Below, piece after piece: positions 53,991 to 60,000 of a stretch of DNA of 60,000 bases. Source of the stretch: an uncultured Candidatus Saccharibacteria bacterium (GTDB lineage Bacteria > Patescibacteriota > Saccharimonadia > Saccharimonadales > Saccharimonadaceae); the NCBI GenBank assembly GCA_947253995.1, contig CAMYBM010000001.1:1-60000 (forward strand), read 5' to 3'. A program made the translations under genes and the position numbers. The notes under the pieces are model-generated. The model was not told the DNA's origin. It was given only the letters and a program-made list of their open reading frames with translations, and did no database searches. Numbering within the stretch: position 1 is the first letter of the stretch; every line of letters starts with the position of its first letter.

Positions 53991-56549
53991 ATGAATTTAC
54001 CAAAGACTTACGAGCCAAATCAGTATCAGACCGCTATTTACGCTTTATGGGAAAGCAGTGGGGCGTTTAGCCCGCAAGGTAACGGCGACCCATACTGCAT
54101 TGTTATGCCGCCACCAAATGCCAATGGTAATTTGCACGTTGGCCACGGTTATATGATACCGATCGAAGACATCCTTGTGCGTTACTATCGGATGCAGGGT
54201 AGGCGAACTATCTGGATACCCGGGGCAGATCATGCCGGATTCGAGACGTGGGTTGTATTCGAGCGTAGCCTTAATCAAGAAGGTAAATCGCGCTTTGACT
54301 ACAGTCGCGAAGAGCTTTATCGCTTGACTTGGGATTTTGTACAACGTAATCGGGGAAATATGGAGTTACAGATTCGGGCATTGGGTGCCTCTTGCGACTG
54401 GAACAACAAAGTGTTTACGTTGGATAAGAAGGTCGTTGATACGGTGTATCATACGTTTAAGCAGTTATGGGACGATGGCCTAGTTTACCGCGGTAACCGT
54501 ATAGTTAACTTTTGTCCGAAGCACCAGACAGCTTTTGCTGATATTGAAGTTGATTTTAAGCCAGTTAAATCACATCTTTGGCATATTGTTTACCGTACGC
54601 CTGATGGTAGTCGATCAATTGAAGTGGCAACGACACGTCCAGAAACTATGCTTGGCGATACGGCAATTGCAGTGCATCCCGAGGATGAGCGTTACACTGA
54701 TTTGGTAGGGAAAACAGTAGTAGTTCCGTTAATTAACCGTGAGATCCCGGTAGTTGCCGATGAAGGAGTTGAGCGTGATTTTGGTACTGGTGCTGTAAAG
54801 ATTACACCGGCGCACGATCCACTTGACTTTGAGATTGGCCAGCGACATCATTTGCCGCAATTAACGGTTATCGCAACCGATGGCACAATGATTAACGTGC
54901 CGGATAAATACCAAGGAATGACCGTTGAGCAAGCTAGGGCAGCCGTAGTTGATGACTTGACGGCGTCTGGCGCCTTGATAAAAACGGAGGACTTTATGCA
55001 TGACGAGCCGCATTGCTATAAGTGTGGTTCGACGATCCAGCCGTTGATGATGAAACAGTGGTTTATTAATGTTAAGCCGTTAGCGCAACGGGCGCGTGAG
55101 GCGGTTGCGCGCGGGGAAGTGCGTTTTGTGCCAGAACATAAAGGCCAAGAACTGATTCATTATTACGATGAGCTGAGGGACTGGAACATTAGCCGGCAAA
55201 TCCCGTGGGGCATCCCGATCCCAGCTTTTCACGCCGCTGACAATCCGGACGAATGGATATTTGATCCGCGCGTTGATCAAACGGAGATCGAGATCAACGG
55301 TCGATCTTACGTGCGCGATGAGGATACTTTTGACACGTGGTTTAGTAGTGGTCAGTGGCCATTTGTCACAACTGACGTCATTACTGACGGCAAGCTCAAA
55401 GAGTTTTACCCGAATGCTGTCATGGAAACAGGCGTAGATATTTTGCGTGCTTGGGTGGCACGAATGATTATGCTCGGCTTGTATACTACTGGCAAAGTGC
55501 CGTTTCATGACGTCTTTTTGCACGGTTTAATTTTGGATAAGCATGGCCAGAAGATGAGCAAAAGCAAGGGTAACGTGCTTAATCCAATGGATATTGTAGA
55601 ACGTTATGGCTCAGATGCTTTGCGTATCGGTATTGTGATGAATCGTTCAGCGGGTCAACCGCAAGCTTTCTCGGAAGATTCAGTTATTGCCGGGCGTAAT
55701 TTCTGTAATAAGTTATGGAATATTGCCCGCTACATCGATTATGCTACAGAGCAATCAAATATTGGACTGGACGACATTAAGTCAGCTAAGCCGACTAGTA
55801 TTGCTGAACACTGGATCAGTCGACAGTTTAATCAAGCGAAGCACACGGTTGATAGCTTGATTGCCCAGTACCGTTTTGCCGAGGCGGTAGAGACAATTTA
55901 CCATTTTGTTTGGGATGAATTGGCCGACTGGTACATCGAAGCTAGTAAAAATAGCGACAACGCGGCTTTCATGCGGCAGCTACTAGAGAACACACTTAAG
56001 CTAGTGCATCCATTTGCGCCATTTGTCACTGAAACTATTTGGACGACGATCCATGACGATACATCGTTGTTGATTAGTCAGCTATGGCCGCGCGATTTAA
56101 CTTACAGTAAACGAGCGGCTAATCAATTTGATCAGGTTAAGTCATTGGTTGTTACGTTGCGTAACATTACGCAAACATTACCGAACGGTAAGTATACACT
56201 GGTGCATGATTCCGATCCGTTATTAGTGGAGCAGGGGAATTTAGTCGCCAGCTTAGCAAAGTTGCGTCAAGTTAAGGTTGATCACACGCCACATGGTTTG
56301 CATGTTGTGTCTAATTGGGCAACGTCTTGGTTGGAGTTGTCGCGTGAACAAATTGATGCCTACAAGAAGCATTTAGTTGAACGCTTAACCGATGCCAAGG
56401 AACAGATTGGCCGCTTGGAACAGCGTCTCGCTAACCAGGGTTACGTTGATCATGCTCCGGCCGAGCTGGTGGCGGAAAGTAAGCGTCAATTGAATGATTT
56501 GAAACATCTAGCAACAAAACTATCCGATAGTATCAATGACATTAGTTGA
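53991..56549 (+). CDS. valS: Valine--tRNA ligase
   Basis: PPPNANGNLHVGH, ATTRPET, DWNISRQIPWG, DTWFSS, KMSKSKGN. Start probably ATG 53991. Confidence 0.97.
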   Translation: MNLPKTYEPNQYQTAIYALWESSGAFSPQGNGDPYCIVMPPPNANGNLHVGHGYMIPIEDILVRYYRMQGRRTIWIPGADHAGFETWVVFERSLNQEGKSRFDYSREELYRLTWDFVQRNRGNMELQIRALGASCDWNNKVFTLDKKVVDTVYHTFKQLWDDGLVYRGNRIVNFCPKHQTAFADIEVDFKPVKSHLWHIVYRTPDGSRSIEVATTRPETMLGDTAIAVHPEDERYTDLVGKTVVVPLINREIPVVADEGVERDFGTGAVKITPAHDPLDFEIGQRHHLPQLTVIATDGTMINVPDKYQGMTVEQARAAVVDDLTASGALIKTEDFMHDEPHCYKCGSTIQPLMMKQWFINVKPLAQRAREAVARGEVRFVPEHKGQELIHYYDELRDWNISRQIPWGIPIPAFHAADNPDEWIFDPRVDQTEIEINGRSYVRDEDTFDTWFSSGQWPFVTTDVITDGKLKEFYPNAVMETGVDILRAWVARMIMLGLYTTGKVPFHDVFLHGLILDKHGQKMSKSKGNVLNPMDIVERYGSDALRIGIVMNRSAGQPQAFSEDSVIAGRNFCNKLWNIARYIDYATEQSNIGLDDIKSAKPTSIAEHWISRQFNQAKHTVDSLIAQYRFAEAVETIYHFVWDELADWYIEASKNSDNAAFMRQLLENTLKLVHPFAPFVTETIWTTIHDDTSLLISQLWPRDLTYSKRAANQFDQVKSLVVTLRNITQTLPNGKYTLVHDSDPLLVEQGNLVASLAKLRQVKVDHTPHGLHVVSNWATSWLELSREQIDAYKKHLVERLTDAKEQIGRLEQRLANQGYVDHAPAELVAESKRQLNDLKHLATKLSDSINDIS

Positions 56550-56574
56550 CAAAAGTAATAACTACGCTTATACT
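56546..56574 (+). promoter_or_regulatory. Sigma70 promoter of rpoD-polA
   Basis: TTGACA-17 bp-TATACT. Confidence 0.75.
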
Positions 56575-56689
56575 GTTATACTATATAATTTGGGCGTATT
56601 AGATTTGCGCCATACAGATAGGCTGCATCAGCATTGAACATACTAAAACTTAAAAACGGTTAATGTAAAGAAAGGGGATCTGCTAGAAG

Positions 56690-57775
56690 ATGAAATCAGA
56701 AGATGACAAGCCCACCGATGACATGATGCTTGATATGCCAGATGAGTTGAATGAAGATGATATTGCCGACGACACCGTTATCGCCCCCAGCGATATTGAC
56801 GAGCTAGGTGATGATTCGGTCAAGATTTATTTGCGCGAGATTGGTCGCATTCCGTTGCTAAGCATCGAAGAAGAGGCTAAAATTGCACAGGAAATCATCA
56901 AGAATGCAGAGCCACTTGCCGAAGCAGAAGCAAAGCGCACTGAGCTTACTAAGCAGCTAGCAGCGGATGATTTAACGCAGAGCGAACGCGCTAAGTTACT
57001 AGCTGAGCAAAGCAAGCTGCAACTAAAGATCAAGCGTCTGAAGCGGCCGAAGGATAAAATGGCCGAGGCTAATATGCGGTTAGTAGTTTCGATTGCTAAG
57101 CGCTATTCTGGCCGTGGGTTGGACTTCTTGGACCTGATTCAAGAGGGCAACACGGGCTTACTGCGCGCGGTTGAGAAGTTTGATCCTGATAAGGGATTCA
57201 AATTCTCAACTTATGCTACTTGGTGGATTCGCCAGGCAATTACGCGTGCTATTGCCGACCAAGCGCGAACTATTCGCATCCCGGTACACATGGTGGAAAC
57301 AATCAACAAATTGATGCGTTTGCAACGTAAGCTAACCCAAGAGCTTAATCGTGAGCCCACTATCGAAGAATTGGCCAAAGCCATGGAAGAGACACCGGAA
57401 AAAATCAAGTACGTGTTTAAGATCAAGCAAGATATTCAGTCGCTGGATGCCACAATTGGCAAAAACGACGATGATGACTCATCAGAATTAGGTAGTTTTA
57501 TCGAAGACGATGGTGCTGCTAGCCCGGAAGATGTTGCCAATGATCATTTACTAAGTGAGCAGGTAATGGATGTAGTCAATGCACTATCGGATCGCGAGCA
57601 AAAGATTATCAAGTTACGTTTTGGGCTTGACGGTGGCAGGCCACATACTCTAGAAGAGGTGGGGGCTGAGTTTGCCGTTACTCGCGAGCGTATTCGTCAG
57701 ATTGAAGCTAAGGCGCTAGCTAAATTGCGCAAGAATAAAGAAACTAATCGTTTGCATGATTATCTCAATAAATAG
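56690..57775 (+). CDS. rpoD: Primary RNA polymerase sigma factor (RpoD/SigA)
   Basis: [63 protein letters not shown]. Confidence 0.96.
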   Translation: MKSEDDKPTDDMMLDMPDELNEDDIADDTVIAPSDIDELGDDSVKIYLREIGRIPLLSIEEEAKIAQEIIKNAEPLAEAEAKRTELTKQLAADDLTQSERAKLLAEQSKLQLKIKRLKRPKDKMAEANMRLVVSIAKRYSGRGLDFLDLIQEGNTGLLRAVEKFDPDKGFKFSTYATWWIRQAITRAIADQARTIRIPVHMVETINKLMRLQRKLTQELNREPTIEELAKAMEETPEKIKYVFKIKQDIQSLDATIGKNDDDDSSELGSFIEDDGAASPEDVANDHLLSEQVMDVVNALSDREQKIIKLRFGLDGGRPHTLEEVGAEFAVTRERIRQIEAKALAKLRKNKETNRLHDYLNK

Positions 57776-57787
57776 GATGATCATTTT

Positions 57788-60000
57788 ATGAATCAAATTA
57801 CAAAGCAACCGCCGGTGTTAGTTCTAATTGACGGCAAGTCAGTGTTCTATCGGGGATATTATGCCATGCCACATTTAACAACTAAAGATGGCATGCCGAC
57901 GGGTGGAGTTTATGGTTTTGCCGTGCTGGCGTTAGAGTTAATTAAACGGATTAACCCGGATTATGTGGCCGTCGCTTGGGACAAACCTAAGACAAATATT
58001 CGCCGTCGTTTGGCAATTTACCCCCAATATAAAGCAGGGCGCGTCGCGCCGCCAGCAGATTTTTATGCCCAGATACCTGTTCTAAAAGATCTCTTAGCTT
58101 CGCTTAACTGGCCGTTTTATGAGTTGGATGACTATGAGGCGGATGACATTATTGGTACGCTAGCTCAGGCAGCTAGTCGGCAGGGCATTCATACTATTAT
58201 TATTAGTTCCGATCTTGATATGCTACAGCTACTGAGTGATCGTACTGAGCTTTATGCATTAAAGAAAGGCTTGGCGCAGATTGAGCGGTTTGATCCCGTA
58301 GCGTTTACGCAAAAGTATGGCATTCGCGTTGATCAATTTCTTGACCTCAAAAGCCTTAAAGGTGACGCATCGGACAATATCCCAGGCGTCCCCGGTATTG
58401 GTGAAAAGACGGGTGTAAAATTGTTGCAAAAATACGGTACCTTAGATGAGGTTTATCGACATGTAGCCGAACAGCCTGCTACGCTGCAGAATAAACTGCT
58501 TGCAGGTAAAGACTCGGCTTATATGTCGCAGGCGTTAGCGCGGATTGATTGTACTGCGCCGCTGACACTTGACCTGGCAGCAATGAATAGTCGCCAGCTT
58601 GATCGCGTTCGTTTGCGCGATACTCTGCTTAAATTAGAGTTTACCTCACTGGTCAACAATTTGCCTGAGGGCTATGGCACTTCGTCGGTTGAGCTGACTG
58701 CGGCTGCACCGCAGCTTACTTTGGTGCAGCATTATTCAGTGTTACCGTCAATGGTGTTGGCTCAAGTTATCGATGGTCAGCTATACATAAGCAGCGATGT
58801 AGCAACGGCTTGTCGGTTTGACTGGAGTGAAGTGGCACAGTTGGCGAACAAGCGAGTTGTTACTTATGACGCTAAAGCGTTAGCCAAAGCTTTTTTGGCA
58901 CAAGGGAAGGCAATTACTTGGACGGTTGAATTGGACGTCAAGCATGCGGAATTCTTACTTAATAGTCTAGGCAAGATACAACCGTTGGCACAACGTACGG
59001 CAACACAGTATGGTTCGGATACCCCATTGCTGCAACTAGCTATGCTGTGGCAGCTATTTAAGCAGACCAACGGTGAGTTGGCGCGTTTGCCGAAGCTGGA
59101 TCAGCTAGCTAGGCAAGTAGATTTTCCATTTCAAATTTTATTGGCGCAAATTGAACAGTACGGTGTGCTAGTCGATCGACCGCAACTAGAGCTAATGTCG
59201 CGCAATCTAGGGAAAACGCTAGTTGATTTAGCCGAGCAAATTTACCAGCGCCTTGGTATTAGGTTTAACATTAATAGTCCAAAGCAGCTTAGCGGCGTGC
59301 TATTTGATCAGCTGCACCTGAAGCCGAGAGGCAAGCGCAACAAGGGCGGCTATTATTCCACTGGGGCAAAAGAACTGGAGCATTTACGTAATCAGCATTG
59401 GGTGATTGACCTAATCGAGCAGTATCGCGCAACGGCAAAGCTAAAGTCGACGTATGTAGATGCGTTGATTGACGCTATCAGCAGTGACGGCCGTATCCAT
59501 ACGACATTTAGTCAGGATATTGTTGCTACGGGCCGCTTAAGTTCGGCTAACCCTAATTTGCAGAGTGTGCCAGCTCGAACTGAGCAGGGTAAACAGATTA
59601 AGCGCTGTTTTATTGCCCCGCCGGGTAAGGTAATCGTAAATGCAGACTATGCGCAATTTGAGCTGCGGTTAGTAGCGGCACTGGCGCATGATACTGATAT
59701 GATTGAGCTATTTAATGATCCAGCAACCGACATTCATACTATGACGGCGGCGGCGGTTTATGGGATAGCGCCAGATAAGGTGACGCCTGAGATGCGGCGT
59801 CATGCTAAGACCATCAACTTTGGTATATTGTACGGGATGAGCGCGCGCGGGCTGGCGGATGCAACCAAAATGAGTTTCGGTGCCGCTGCGCAGTTTATTA
59901 AGCGTTACTTTGAGTTACATCAACCAATTCGGCGCTTTATGGATGAAATTTTAGCTAAGGCGGAGCAAACTGGCTACGTTGAGACTTGGTACGGCCGCCG
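57788..60000 (+). CDS. polA: DNA polymerase I; runs off the window's right edge
   Basis: Not in the ORF track. Manual translation: VLIDGKSVFYRGYYAMP..TGGVYGF, YEADDIIGT, LKGDASDNIPGV.GIGEKT, FNINSPKQL, TGRLSSANPNLQ, ADYAQFELR, AKTINFGILYGM. Confidence 0.96.
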   Translation, partial: MNQITKQPPVLVLIDGKSVFYRGYYAMPHLTTKDGMPTGGVYGFAVLALELIKRINPDYVAVAWDKPKTNIRRRLAIYPQYKAGRVAPPADFYAQIPVLKDLLASLNWPFYELDDYEADDIIGTLAQAASRQGIHTIIISSDLDMLQLLSDRTELYALKKGLAQIERFDPVAFTQKYGIRVDQFLDLKSLKGDASDNIPGVPGIGEKTGVKLLQKYGTLDEVYRHVAEQPATLQNKLLAGKDSAYMSQALARIDCTAPLTLDLAAMNSRQLDRVRLRDTLLKLEFTSLVNNLPEGYGTSSVELTAAAPQLTLVQHYSVLPSMVLAQVIDGQLYISSDVATACRFDWSEVAQLANKRVVTYDAKALAKAFLAQGKAITWTVELDVKHAEFLLNSLGKIQPLAQRTATQYGSDTPLLQLAMLWQLFKQTNGELARLPKLDQLARQVDFPFQILLAQIEQYGVLVDRPQLELMSRNLGKTLVDLAEQIYQRLGIRFNINSPKQLSGVLFDQLHLKPRGKRNKGGYYSTGAKELEHLRNQHWVIDLIEQYRATAKLKSTYVDALIDAISSDGRIHTTFSQDIVATGRLSSANPNLQSVPARTEQGKQIKRCFIAPPGKVIVNADYAQFELRLVAALAHDTDMIELFNDPATDIHTMTAAAVYGIAPDKVTPEMRRHAKTINFGILYGMSARGLADATKMSFGAAAQFIKRYFELHQPIRRFMDEILAKAEQTGYVETWYGR

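Noticed and set aside
197..59070. Numerous 60-160 aa antisense or alternate-frame ORFs in the track (e.g. 197-439, 7050-7367, 19108-19599, 35842-36207, 55080-55523, 58864-59070)
   Set aside because: Shadows of well-supported genes or tRNAs, with no RBS, promoter or motif support.
1..60000. CRISPR array, rRNA, IS element or parS site
   Set aside because: No regularly spaced repeat-spacer units, rRNA signatures, transposase ORFs or TGTTTCACGTGAAACA-like palindromes seen by eye.
1..60000. Alternative genetic code (TGA=Gly, as in Gracilibacteria/Absconditabacteria)
   Set aside because: Conserved genes are full length under code 11, and several (virB4, orn, valS) end properly at TGA.

Overview
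Origin-of-replication region of a small-genome bacterium, very likely Saccharibacteria (TM7, Patescibacteria/CPR). This is inferred from gene content, compact intergenic spacing and genetic code 11; no database search was run. The window contains the canonical jag-yidC-rnpA-rpmH/dnaA-oriC-dnaN-recF core, with two DnaA-box clusters and a DnaA-trio-like unwinding element. About 11-37 kb holds a chromosomal type IV secretion/pilus locus with no integrase or relaxase: PrgI-like gene, VirB4-like ATPase, two large cell-wall-hydrolase fusions each followed by a small membrane-anchored protein, four tandem VirB6/TrbL-like paralogs and seven tandem VirB2/TrbC-like pilins. pgi/pmi and CIRCE-controlled groESL interrupt the locus. 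The most striking structure is in the VirB6-like array: variable Cys-rich N-termini sit on a conserved membrane core, and an ~885-bp direct repeat (offset 4948 bp, 435-bp perfectly identical core) plus short shared cassettes point to ongoing gene conversion and module shuffling. The right half is housekeeping (dnaG, orn, argS, pyrG, hsp20, comF, dacA, rlmH, murE, tsaD, femABX, valS, rpoD, polA). It carries all four tRNA-Ser isoacceptors, and many genes appear leaderless behind extended -10 promoters.
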